Shown here piece by piece: positions 11,822-24,100 of a stretch of 64,000 nucleotides of DNA; position 1 is the first letter of the stretch, and each line of letters starts with the position of its first letter. This stretch comes from Podospora anserina (lineage: Eukaryota): assembly GCA_017654855.1 (NCBI GenBank), contig CM030337.1, positions 4,030,001 through 4,094,000 of the forward strand. Reading direction: 5' to 3'. Below the pieces are notes generated by a model that was not told the DNA's origin, did no database searches, and saw only the letters and a list, made by a program, of their open reading frames with translations. The translations under genes and the position numbers were made by a program.

Positions 11822-13332
11822 CTAAGCCTTGACCGCAGCCGGCTTCTGCTCCTCCGCAACCGCATCAGGCACCGCAGCGGCGGCAACCTTTTCCGAAATC
11901 TCCGCCGTAGACGGCTTGTGATCCGACGAAGAGACCGACAGCGCCTTGACGCCCTCCATCGCAGCCTCGATCTTGGCCTCCTGCTCCTCCTTCACGCCAG
12001 CAACGGCCGCCGCCGGCTCTTCCACCTTGGGAAACGGCGACGGAATGCTGCAAATCTTTTCTCTTCTTTGCTTTCCGTCCTGTCTGCCGACCGCATACAA
12101 CTCGAGCGTGTTGCCATCCTCGGACGGGACCCAATAAGCTGGCCCCCTGGGGAAGTCGGTGTGCCCCTTTTCCCAGGTGATCGCCTCTTTTATCCTGGGG
12201 TCGACGTTTGGCCGGTCAAAGAATTCGAATTCCAGCTCGCCACCGTACGCCTTGGGGATGTTTCTCGGCTCCATGAATCTTTCCAGCTCGGTCTTGACTT
12301 CTGCCGCGGAGAGGATGAAGATCTTGGAGACGGTGATGGGGTCGAACCACCTCTTGATCCAGCCCCAGACTGTGCTAAAGAAGTAAGGGGCGCCGATGAT
12401 GAAGATGCGGTCGAGGGTCTCGGGGTAGTGGGCTGTGGCGAGTGTCGAGGCGGCCTGCATGTGTGACTTTAGGTTCCAGAACATGCGCAGCGATACCTGG
12501 GAGACGTCAACGATGTTGGTGCTGAGGGTGATGGGGGTCTCGGCGTTGTCGCGGTCTTTCATGGCCGAGCAGAGGGGCTGCGCAAATCGGGTGAGGTTCT
12601 CGTACAGGGCAAACAGCCTGAGGAGCTTCTCGGGTGTTGACCCATCAGTCTTTGCCAGACTGGCGCTCGTCGACTCGGCCTTCTTCTCGTAGTTGGCGAC
12701 CGTCTTACCGTCGAGATGGCGGATCTGGAAGAGGTAAATCGGGATGCCGCGCCTGTCTCGTCTGCCCGTCCATTGGGGGTACTGTTACTGGCTGTCAGAG
12801 TGCGCTTCCTGATTGTTCAAACACAAAGGACCTACCAAGCTCCTCGTCTCCTCGTACGCCTCCACATCAATCGTGTCATACAGCACCTCCAACTGGTTCG
12901 CCTTGCGCCAGTCCTCGGTGTCCTTGAACTGCTTGTACGCATCCTCCACAATCCACCTCCTCGCCCGCAGAAATCGTCTGTCAAACCGTGCATTAGCCGT
13001 GCGCCCATCAACACTCCGTACCTGCGCCGCTTTGCACTGCGGTGCTCTCCACCCCCATATGTGACATCATAACCAAGAGAAATAAGACGAAAAATATAAA
13101 AAAATATAGAAATAAAAAAAGAGTCTTACAGCAAAGTCCAATCCTCATGCGACGGCTTCTCCCCAGGCGCATGTGTATACAACCCCTTCTCCCCCAAGAA
13201 CATCTTGAAATCCTGCAGCGCCTTCTCCTGCTCGGTGGTCAAGTGTCCGAAATGTCCATGAGGGTACCCGAACTCGTCTCCGCCGGTGGTGGCCGTGGCA
13301 GAAGGTACTTGTTCCACTGGTGAGCCCGCCAT
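11822..13332 (-). CDS. Sec14/CRAL-TRIO lipid-binding protein (introns near 13127-12980 and 12830-12782)
   Basis: GHFGHLTTEQEKALQDFK, RFLRARRW, HYPETLDRIFIIGAPYFFSTVWGWIKRWFDP, NIPKAYGG. Confidence 0.9.
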
Positions 13333-14171
13333 TGTGTTTTCTTTTGTCTCTCAAGTAACCCCCTAAAATATGTTTATACCTGAGACTGCCTCGCTGACAA
13401 TGGTGACAGAATTCCACAGAGTTTTTCGATCACGAATACCAACGGCGCAGCAACAGCAGCAGAAGCAGCAGCGCGCAAATGCAAAAATGCGGGGTGCTTG
13501 TGCTGGCTTAGGTGAGAACGGTTCGCGCGCGCAGAGTCAAGTCGATGACAACCTGGAAGTAACGACGTTTAGCCTCCCCCCCAAAAAAAGATGATCGAGG
13601 TCGATACACAGAGAGCGTGAGATGACGGGTGGACTAGTTTAAACCAAGATTGAAGAGGATGACAAAAGGGACCAGAAAATGCTTCCGATTCCTGTCGCAG
13701 GTCCGGAGTCCCAACTCGCCGAACAGGCCGAGAAATAGGAAATGAATTGCCCACGCGCGCCCGCAGAAGCCCCACCAAGCGCTGGAATCGCAGCGTCCTC
13801 GTTGGCTCCCGACTCACCTACGCCGCTGTCCCGCACCAGCCGGAGCTCGGACCCGGTGCCCCAAAATGTGATTGCTGACAGGTAACTCCGTAAATGCTCA
13901 CTGCCTCGCATCGCTTCTCGCTTTGAAGCAAGCCGCAACCAACAAAACAAAACAGAAGCAAAAAGGGGGCTGGGCCAATGTATCAGATTCCAATCACTTC
14001 GCTTGACAGAGGCAGCTACCAAAGATAACAAGCACCAATGACACAACATCCATGACCATATTCTAGCCCGAGGCAACCAGCCCTCACATTCCATTGCCGA
14101 CGAGAAGAAGCTTTTTTGGTTCTCAATAGCCCCCCAATGACGCCAATAATCACAAACCCCCTGTCTGCCCT

Positions 14172-17100
14172 CTACTCTTCATCCGCACTCTCTTCCTCGT
14201 CGTCTTCCTCCTCCGCTTCCTCCTCTGCAGCCTCTTCCTCGGCAATAACAGGACCCTCCTTCTCCAGTCTGAGCCACTCGTCCCATTCTGGGAAGAGCTC
14301 CTCATCCTCCACTGGGACACCGAGAGACTTGGCCACGCGCCCCTTCTTGTTCTTCTCCAGACTGTCCTTCCACTCAGCTACAATGGCAGGGGCAAGACTT
14401 GGCTTGTATGTCTGCGCGAAGAGCACTGCCTCGGCGTGACGGTTTGTCTTGGTGAGGATCTCGACACACCCGGGCACATCACCCAGGAGCCACTTGCTGC
14501 TGAAAGCAATGTTGTGAGCACCCGCAGCCGTCGCCTGCTCCGCCAGCTTGGCGAGACCTTCACGGTCCGACGTGGAGCTGTAGACCAGCAACAAGGAGCC
14601 GAGATCCTTGGAGTTGACGAAACACTCGGTGGCAAGAGGGATATCCCAGGCGGCGAGACCGGCGTCGCCCAAAGTCTTCCACTTGTGGTCCGAGTCAGAC
14701 TGTCTGGCCAGTTCAACCGCAACATCCAGCTGATTCAGGGCAAGAGCGAGGTCAAACTTGTGCTCAGGATCCGTAGCCACTTCAAGCGCCAATTCCTTGT
14801 GACCCTGTCCTTCGAGGAAGCGGGCGATTTTGTTGAGTTGGTCTTGGGGGATGCTGGGGAGGAGTTCGGCCGCCGTCTCCATGTCCTGACGGAGCACCAA
14901 GGTTTGATACTCAAGGACTGGGAGGGAGAGGGCGAAGGATGTGACGGAGAGGTCCTTGTCGGTCAAGTAAACGCGGCTATCACGCTGGAGGTACCCAAGA
15001 ATATACATGGGCTTGTCGAAGTGAGACACGGTGTAGGTCTGGTCACCCACAAGGTAGTTCAGCCTATTGGTGCCATTCGTGTAGATGAGGACATCACCCA
15101 GCCATTCGGCCGATCGGATGCTGTGGCCTTGTTAGTAATGTTGTGGAAAGTGTACAAGCCGATTGACACATACCTTTCGCTAATGTCGGTAATGACATCG
15201 AAGGCCTCCTCGACGCCATCCTCCTCGACCTTGCCGGACTGCACAGCTTCGTTGTAGTTCTCACGGGAAAATCTGAGAACATAGCAAGAGTCCTCGCAAG
15301 CCAGAGCAACGAGCTCACCACTTTCGCTCCAGTAGACCTGCTTAGGCTCAACCTCGATGCGTCGGACAAGACCACCCGTTTGCCAGTCAAAGAACGAAAT
15401 ACCACCCTGGCCCTTGACACCGAGCAACACGCCACCAGTGAGCCCGTCGGCAGCAAACGGCACGTCGAGACCGCCCTTCTTCTCCTGGAAGTTCTTGAAC
15501 ACCTTGATGCTGGTTGGCGATTCGCGGATCGCAAAGTCGTTCGAGTTCTCCTTGGAGGCCCAGACGAAGTCGAGAGCCGAACCGAAAGCCTTGTTGCGCC
15601 ACGCCAGGGCAGTGTAGATGATGTACTCGCCGTCGCCGCAAATGGCGGCGAAACGGCCGTTGGGTGAGTGAAGCAAAGCCTGAGGGTAGATTTCGGCGTT
15701 GCCTAGCTCCTTGGTGGAGAAGGTGATTGGCTCGTTATCCTTGGTTGCGTCGCCCGCCTTGATAACGGCGGAAACGACCTCGTTGTGTCTGGCCCAGATA
15801 ATCTTTCCAGACCCATCCATGGACACCGCCGGTTCTTCCCTGCCAAGTTTAATCACCACGGATCCCTCATCGAAACCAACCGCGATGCCCTGCTTGCCCT
15901 TCTGGTAGGCCACACACCAAGCCCTCTCAAGCCCATAGTTGAGGGTTTGCTCATGACGGTAGGTGTTGGCGTTCCATATCCTCACGGTGCCCTGCAAGTT
16001 GGTATCAGCATCTGATCAAGCGAGAGATCTCATCCAATAACCCTACATCTTCGGAACCAGAAATGATGATTGGAAGCTCGGGATGGTAGCACGCAAAAGA
16101 AACGTTATTTGTGTGGCCCTCAAGCGTCGCAATCAAACTCTTGGTGGTGTAATCCCACACTTTCACCGTGCGCTATAGCAGCTCGTCAGTAAGATTGTCC
16201 AGTACCCAAGGACATCCAAACCTACGTCATCTGAGGTGGTAAGAAGGTAGGGCTTGTCGCTGTGAGGGTAGTAGTCGACATGGTTGACACCCTTGGTCTC
16301 GTGGGCTTCAAGTTGGAAGTTTGGTGTGGAGGAACCCAAGCTCCAGATCTTGACCGTCCTGTCCAAGCAGGCCGAGGCGAAGGTGTTGGTGTCTTTCGGG
16401 TTGATGGCGAGGGACATGACATAGTCTGAAAGCACGTCAGTCATTCTGGCGGCTTCATAATTGGCTCCCAAAACCTACGCGAGTTGCCCTCGAACACCCT
16501 GACGTTTTTCCACCCCTTCTCCCAGTCCCAGAGCTTGATTGTCATGTCATCACTGGCCGTGAGAACAAAGGGCTGTGTTGGGTGGACGGCGATCGCACGG
16601 ATGTAGTCGGGATGCGCCTCAAAGGTTGTGATCTTCTCGCTGGTGTTGTAGTTGTATACCCGAATTTGGCTGTCGTCCTCGGTCAGCTCTCTGCCCAACA
16701 CCACACCACCCACGCAACCTCGGGTATGCCATACAAATCATCGGAACCACAGACAATCCAGTTCTTTCGCGCAACGAAGCGACCAGCGCGCACTGGAACA
16801 TCGGTAAGCTCGAAGGTCTTGACGACCTGTTGCGTCTCGTACGACCAAATGTAGACATGGCCGCTATAGAGGGTAGCTGTTCGAAATAGGGGTCAGTCTC
16901 GTGTCGTCTCGAGCGGAGGTCGCGCGAGGGCATACTCAAGATCCATGGCTCTGTCGGATGGAAGTCGATGCCTTTGACACGCTGTCGGCAAACTATGTCA
17001 GCAACATGGCGGTTGCGCGCCGGGCCCCCATGGCCAGGGCTGGAGGGAGATCACGAACCTCAGAGCGAGCAAAGAGTTGGCGCTGTATGTTTAGAGACAT

Positions 17101-17332
17101 GTTAGCCGGTGTAATGAACAAGACACTCAACCACAAGTATGGCAAGAAAAAATTGCCAAGGGATCAGAGGCTGGACGAGCATGAGAGCGTCGTGAGCAGC
17201 CGCCAGCCGTGGTGCAAGACAGCGGATTGTACGCAGGGGGACCTGGAGCTTGTGGCCAGATCATGGGTGACACAGCCCGGCATTCAAGGGAGCGAAAGCA
17301 AATGTGCGACTTGCCTTGACGTCCAACCTCAT
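14172..17332 (-). CDS. SEC27: Coatomer subunit beta' (WD40), many introns including 18-nt and 24-nt first exons
   Basis: Spliced N-terminus [68 protein letters not shown]; acidic tail. Confidence 0.95.
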
Positions 17333-18349
17333 GTTGGGCAATGTGTATTATCTCGAGTCTCGGTGTGGGATGTTTGAGAAAGAAGCGGCTCTCGAGCTCG
17401 GGGGAGCTTGTTCGGCGGGGTGGATCGGTTCACGCTGCTTGACCGCAAAAGGGGAATCTCGAAATCGTCACAAGGAGGCAGCAGTTCGTCAATTATACGT
17501 CAGGCGACGGCAGTCGTGTAAATAAATCTGGCTGGAAGATGGTCGGGCCAGATGTCACTGCCACAGAGTGTGGGAAGCCAGCGATAAGGGGGGGATGGAT
17601 GCCGTTGTTGTTTAAGTTGCCGGCCACGTATCGAGAGGTTCTGGACGCAATTTCGCCGATGTGGTCTCAGCAGCAGCTGCAAGTGGGTGGGCTCCAATAT
17701 TAGGTAAGGTTCAGGTTCGTGCTCCAGTCCAACTGGGGAACAGTTTGCAACCTAAAATTCCAGGCTAAAAGCGCACAGACCACGTTCGCTGTTAATGAAA
17801 TGCCAAGGTCTCCAGCTGGCCTGAGTTCTTGACTGCAGCTGCTCCTCATCAATCAACTCGGCAGTTCACGATAGCTTCAATTGTGCCCAGCCGGCATTTT
17901 TCAATCGCCGCAATTTTTGGCCATGTAATCCAACGGGGGACACTGCGGATAGGTACGCTACACTACCGTGGTATGGACCATTTAACATTACATATCTAGC
18001 TAGCTCACAGAACGCAAAGACGCAAGACAGCAAGTGAACAAACATCAAGTCAAGTACAAAACAAAGTCTTCGACATTTCTCCAAGATATGCTAGCTCTTA
18101 CTTGTCTAGTAACCGAAACTCCCAATTAAAACACCAACCCGCTCTAAGAAGCATACTTTGTTATAACACGTATCATCATCAACCAATGCCAGAAAAAATA
18201 CCAAACGCCGTGTCCATGTGTCCCGGGATCGACTCCGCGATGTTCCCTTTCCGACGCTAAATGAACCCTTCGCTTTATCCCATCAAGGAGCCTTGACCAT
18301 CAACGCCGTCAAATGACAAGAACGAACCGAAATTCAACACAGCACGACC

Positions 18350-19681
18350 TTACTCCTCATTCGAATCGGCCTGGACACGCTTGACAATGTCGACCACCTG
18401 AGGGTAGAGCTTTTCACTTGGCTGCAAACCGCAAACTTCCTGGACAACCTCTTCAGGCTTCTTCTCCTCCATGATTTTGGCAAGCTCAAACGACTCGTCG
18501 TCGCCCTCGACGTTCTGGAAGCGGAATGCCATCTCGGCAGCATCAAGTAGGGCTGAGCAGTCCTTGCCGTTTTCCGCGAGCTCGGCAGCGGGGCCGATGA
18601 ACCGCTCTTTTCGGCTCAGCTTCCGGAGCGGGGCACGACCCACACGCTCAACCGCATCCTCCAAGTGGGGGTTGCTGATGCGCCTAACAATCTTGTCGAC
18701 GTACTGCTTCTGCTCCTCCTCGTCGATGCCGTGCTTCTCGGTGATGAGGTCAGCCGTCTCCTTAAGAGCGTTCTTGACCTCGTCCCGGATGTCCTTGTCT
18801 TGTAGGGCATCGTACACGGTGCTCTTGCGGCGAGTGTAGCCGTAGTACGCAGCAGTGGCGTGGCCAGTGTTGACAGTATACAGCTTGCGCTCAATGAAGG
18901 GCTGGAGGTTATCGACCCACTTGATGCCCTTGATGTCTGGGACGGCCCATTCCTTGAACGGGGTCTTCTCGACAACCCACTCATAGAACTTCTCAAGCTT
19001 CACATCGAGGCCGGCATCGGGGTCTTGGGCCGGGACGATGCGGTCAATGGCCGAGTTGGCAAAGGTGGCACGCTTGTCGTAATCCTCGAGGAGAGCGGGG
19101 TTGGTGTTCTCGGGAGACTTGATGAACTCGGCAAGAGTGTCGGTGGCGCCGATGGCGTTCTCGCAGGCAATGACAGCGGCGGGAGTCAGATCCGTCGAGC
19201 GGGCGGCGAGACCCTTGGCAATTACTGGCGCGAGGAACTTGAGGATGTTAGGGCCGACGGAGCAGGTGACAACATCGGCCGTCGCGATCTCCTCGACCAA
19301 AGCCGCCTCATTTGACCTCGAGTTGATGGCCCGGTAGTTGGTGATGGTCTTCTCGGTGGTGCCCTCAGCGCCAACCTCGATCACCTTGTAGCTCTTGTGG
19401 GTGTTGAGCTTGCTGACGGTGGCATCGTTGACCTCGGCAAAGATGACTTCATACCCCGATTCGTGGAGGAAGCAAGCAACAAAGCCACGGCCTACACCAG
19501 CAACGTTAGCAACCGGTCTATGACGGCGGCACCGTTGAACAGGGGAAGGCCACGGGAGGGCCACGGGAGGGCCACGGGATAGACACTGGACCGGGTCGGG
19601 ATCGGGAATAGGGAGGGGACGCCACTTACCAATGTTTCCGGCGCCAAAGTGGACAGCCTTCTTGGGGGTGTTTCTCTCCAT
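18350..19681 (-). CDS. mpd1: Mannitol-1-phosphate 5-dehydrogenase, intron 19629-19492
   Basis: [52 protein letters not shown]. Confidence 0.95.
   Translation of the reverse strand: MERNTPKKAVHFGAGNIGKWRPLPIPDPDPVQCLSRGPPVALPWPSPVQRCRRHRPVANVAGVGRGFVACFLHESGYEVIFAEVNDATVSKLNTHKSYKVIEVGAEGTTEKTITNYRAINSRSNEAALVEEIATADVVTCSVGPNILKFLAPVIAKGLAARSTDLTPAAVIACENAIGATDTLAEFIKSPENTNPALLEDYDKRATFANSAIDRIVPAQDPDAGLDVKLEKFYEWVVEKTPFKEWAVPDIKGIKWVDNLQPFIERKLYTVNTGHATAAYYGYTRRKSTVYDALQDKDIRDEVKNALKETADLITEKHGIDEEEQKQYVDKIVRRISNPHLEDAVERVGRAPLRKLSRKERFIGPAAELAENGKDCSALLDAAEMAFRFQNVEGDDESFELAKIMEEKKPEEVVQEVCGLQPSEKLYPQVVDIVKRVQADSNEE
19548..19580. repeat. Three tandem copies of an ~11-mer (GGCCACGGGAG) in the mpd1 intron
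   Basis: ggccacgggag ggccacgggag ggccacggga read directly. Confidence 0.8.
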
Positions 19682-20939
19682 GTTTAGGGATATGTGTATG
19701 TGTGTGGTGAAAAAGTAGTACGAGTGAGTGGAGAGGGAAGAGTGATCAGGGCAGCGGGGATGCAAGATCAACAAGGTTTAGATCAAAGGTGGAAATAAAA
19801 AGTTGTAAGATACGACGAGGTGATGTCAAGTTCAAAGGGTTGAAGTTGAAGTGTCGGAGACTTTATGTTGTGGAGAGAGGATCTGCAGATGATGTCGATG
19901 GATTGCTGGATGCTATGGAGAAGATGGGGAGGAACGGTTTGGCACAACGAGGAAAGGCCATTTGCTTTATACTATCGTGAGATAGAAAGCGTCGCTGGGC
20001 TTTTGTGGACCTGAAGCTTGTGGTTTCCCTTTGGGGCCCCAGGGCCCATGGGCCTTGGATCCGTCAACCTACCTCTTCAGAGAGTAAGGGCATCATTGAT
20101 CGGTGGGTCCACAGTGACGGCTGTGTGGCTTGCGGTCGCTAAACGGAAGGACGGAGAGGGCAGGGTGCAGCCAAGGTGGCAGGCCTGGAGCTCCCCACCG
20201 TCCCAAAACAAGGTGCCCCCACTCTGCCTGTGACGAGGGGCGGCGCTGCACCACGTTCAGTTCCCGCTCTTCCGTTTTGCCCGCCACGACCAAAACGCTG
20301 CTTCATCAAAAAATAAAGTAGGTAAGCATTCTCGCATGCTGTGGCCTGTTGACCAGTCGTTGACCAGCAGGCGACCCATCTGCTTTGCTTTGCTTTAATT
20401 ATCTATCTACTGGGGTTGAAAACATCCATAGCAGAAAGGTGAAACTAACAGCAGCTCTACGCTTAATCCCACTCACTGGTCACCATGGCCAACGAAAGAC
20501 GTAAAGAGACTTCGGGGCCAGGGAAGCGCCAGCTCGATGACGAACATGACTACTATTGAGCTCGATGTCAAATCTTAGCTAGGTCGGGTATCATGAGCAG
20601 AATCTCGGTGTCCCAAACACCGCCGCAGCTCCCGAGACATGGCGCCTCCCCAACATGCAACGCATGCGAGCACCACGCAGGTAATCTGCATCTTTGATAA
20701 TACTCATACTAACAGTCCGACCATTTCTTGCTTCCGGCTCTCTACCTGTCATCCTTCGGCGCCGGTCACGGAGGAGGTTGTCGTCACACCTCCTGCTGTG
20801 TTACCTGAGATTCCCGTCCGGTGTGTTTACACCAGGTTTGTTGTCGACCGCCACGGTGTTGAGATCTAAGCCATACCTCAGCACCCTGCCCACAAAATAA
20901 TTGACACAGCAAAAGTAAGCTGGCCCATGTGATGTTATA

Positions 20940-21105
20940 AACTATGCCTCGAAAGTAAATCAAAAGGCCTTTGAAATATCTATGAAGGCCTCTTAATTAT
21001 CCTTAAAGGCCTATTAACTATATTCAAAGGCCCAATAGCTATTCTTTAAGGTGTAGCTCGCAATATAATATGAGCTAACCTATTCTCGTGTCTCAATTAT
21101 TTTGC
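20940..21105. repeat. AT/TpA-rich degenerate 21-bp tandem repeat, probable RIP-mutated coding relic
   Basis: AAGGCC at 20964, 20985, 21006, 21027 and AAGGTG at 21048, exact 21-nt period; local TpA excess. Confidence 0.7.
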
Positions 21106-24100
21106 GGGCGGGATTCTCAGCCGGAAGCCATTTTCACTGCTGCCAGGGCAAAAGGGTCCTGGCCTGCTGTGTAATCAGGATTCTCGATGAGGGGTAACAT
21201 CCAGGGTCCATAACTGGTCCAGGCCTTCAGGGCTGCTGTAAGCGGCCCTTTGGGGAAACGAACACTGCAGTCCCGGGTGGTGCCACGATGAAATCGCTCG
21301 TTTAATTGTTTCGGATGGCAGTAGTTGAGGCTCAATGTGTGCTATTCTCCGGTTACAAGGGTTCAGTTCAACCGTTGGAAGAAGTCTCTTGCAGACCTCG
21401 ACCTCGACATCATTCCTTCACCTCAAAATGGCGATTCGCTATGATGCCACGATGCTGACCAGACTCTCGTCATGTTGTATTGTAACCTCGTCCCCTTCTG
21501 CCTTCTCTTTCTCCTGGTTTGATGTCGATCGTGGGAACGAAATCAGCGCGGTGACGTCGAAGCGCCCACAGCGATACAGTGTGAGTCTACGCACGCTGAT
21601 AATGATGATGCGAGGCCTGCATCCGACGCCACTGCCCAGAGCCCAATTCTTCGAATGGAACGGTGAACAGTTGACTTCTGTCCGGCCCAGCCTGGTTTCC
21701 AAACGGACCGTAGTTGAAAAGGCCATAATCTCCGCCATCCACCCAGATTGTAACGGAGTCACAACGTCACCGTGGCTGACGTGGGAGAAGGTCTGACGGA
21801 ATCCCAGCCCTGGGATCGATCGAAGACAAAGAACAACCCAAAGAAACAAAGAGGACATGGACCCTTTTTTTTCTTCAGTGCCCCACGCGCGATTGCTGGG
21901 TGCGGAGCCCAATCCACCTCCCCATCCGACCCACCTATGACGACACTGGTGGACCTATCTTATCGATAGGAGGTCTCGGCAGGGTTCAGGGTTTGCGGGA
22001 CTTTGCGGGTTGTTGGTTTCTCTTTCGTGGAGCGTGTTTGACAGACACGACACACCACCGACTACGTCCAAATCATTACCGGGCGCTGAACCCGACATCG
22101 CTGTTCAATCAGTTCAATCATCGCTATTTTACGGTCCATCAAAAGCCTACGCGAACTCGCACAACCTTTTTCTCCCCTGGTTCCGTTCCTGGCCGATCAG
22201 CAGGTCCTGGGTTCCCTGGTGGCCGTTTCATGGCCCACGGCATTGGGCGGTTCGTTTCTGCTATTTTGATACGTCCTCTGTCGACAGCTTCGGGCCAACA
22301 TCATGTCGGAACTCTTCACATGCGGCCCCGACTCGGCCAGACAGCCGCCATGCTTTTTCACAGATGAATGCATTTCTAACTTCTGTCATGAAATAGGCAG
22401 GACCGAAGCCAATCCCTGGAACCGACAGGTGCCAAGTGGCCACCGCAAAACTGGCTCTCCTGTTCGTCTTTATTTTCGGCACTATCTTCGGTCCGTCCCC
22501 GTCCTATCATCCCATTGCTGTCTACGAGTTTGATGATCTTGAGGGAAATATGTGCCCCATCGTGCCGCCGGTAAACAATGTCGATCTAAGGGTCTGGGAG
22601 TTCCAGTTGCTACACTACACTGTGGTGTCTGGCGGAAAGTTATCTTGATTTCTCAAGACCCGGCAAAGTCCCTTGCTCTTAGCCGGCTTCCTCTGCTCCG
22701 CACTGTGGGTTTCTCTTGCCCATTGAGGCCAATCATGGGAATTTCCTCGAACTCCCATCCTGCCTCAAGCACGCCAAAGCTGGCACCGGTGCAGGGACTT
22801 GAAGATCTCTTCCTAATATTCCTTGTGCTGCAGAAAAATCATCTGATTTCGTCTGCGGCACATGTTCGTCCCCTGCTGTGAGCCGTCACAGAGGTCGTTA
22901 CCCCGCGTCGCGTAGGACAACTTTTGATCTATCACCATCGGTTCGGCCGTCGACAGTGCGAGGTCAGCGGCATCTTCCTCGGCTGTTTATCGTCAACTCA
23001 GAACAGGCATCGTCCCGACGTTGGCACCCTCACTTTTGTCCCGATCATCAAACACCATGCTACCGTTTTCCCCCATCACAAGTTCCACCCTCTCCCTCCC
23101 GCATCAACAGGGTATCGTCAGCCCGCATGAATCAAGGTTCTGGTCTGACGAGCCGTGGATAGCTCTCTCATGGCGACAGGCGGCCTCACTCTCGAGTCGA
23201 TCAATGTCGGTGTAGTGCCATTGATGAGATGATACGGCGAGTCGGCCCGCCACGTATCATTCTCCGCCGGTCCCGGGGGCGGCAGGGTTTCGGCGCAGGG
23301 GTCAGGCCGTTGTCGTCGGACTCGATGCCACAGCGGCGGCCGGTATCTGGGAAAACGGATAACACGGAACCATCCTTGTACGCCGGCGATATCTTTTTCT
23401 TGTGGCTGTGCTGCGTCCGTTTTTGTTGACAACAAGCTGCGTATCCTGGCTGTTGATCTGAGGATCAATCCACCTCGATCGATAGCTTGTCTAGACCGCC
23501 ATAACACGAAATCGTGGTGATTCCAGAGACAGTATTGCGATATGAAGCCTCCTCGGCTTCCAGGCATCTAGGAATCATGGTTCATCCCACCAGCACTGCA
23601 AACAGTTACGCGGCCCTTGAAAAACCTCCGTCCACCCACATGTAACTGCTGACGACGTTGCTCGAAGCATTTACAAACGGGCCAACAACACCGTTCAGTC
23701 ATGGCACCCACGTGCTCGACGCCCTGATGTTGATCAGCACAATCTTGATAGGAGTGGATCAATCCGCCAAAGGTGTGAGCGGCTCCACGGAAAATCGAAC
23801 CATAATGACGAAGGTTCCCTTTTTCGGCATCCATCCACGCATAGTGTGGAGTGCTTTAGTGTCTCTGCTTGGTACCAAGCCAATGGGTTGTACCTGGCTT
23901 CCTACCACTGTTCCATCACTATTCACTCACTTGCTCGCCAATTCGTATAGCAGTTGCCCTGTGTATGCTCGCTCCTCGATGGGGTGGTGAGGCAGTCCAC
24001 CATGCCTCGTAGTGATGAGAAGCGGTATGACTAAGGTTGATTCATGCTATCACTTACACGGTCGAAGTACAGGGTTATACCTAAAGTGCTTTCTATGCAC

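Noticed and set aside
13445..13472. CAG-rich microsatellite upstream of the Sec14 gene
   Set aside because: Short, imperfect and ordinary.
15106..15113. TCGGCCGA copy outside the cluster
   Set aside because: Lies within SEC27 coding sequence (IRSAEW) and is consistent with the roughly one chance occurrence expected.
11651..15257. Long plus-strand ORFs 11651..12466 and 14436..15257
   Set aside because: Antisense shadows of the Sec14 and SEC27 genes caused by codon bias; no recognisable motifs.
20799..20906. TG...CA-bounded segment as a possible solo LTR
   Set aside because: Only ~110 bp, with no target-site duplication or second copy visible.
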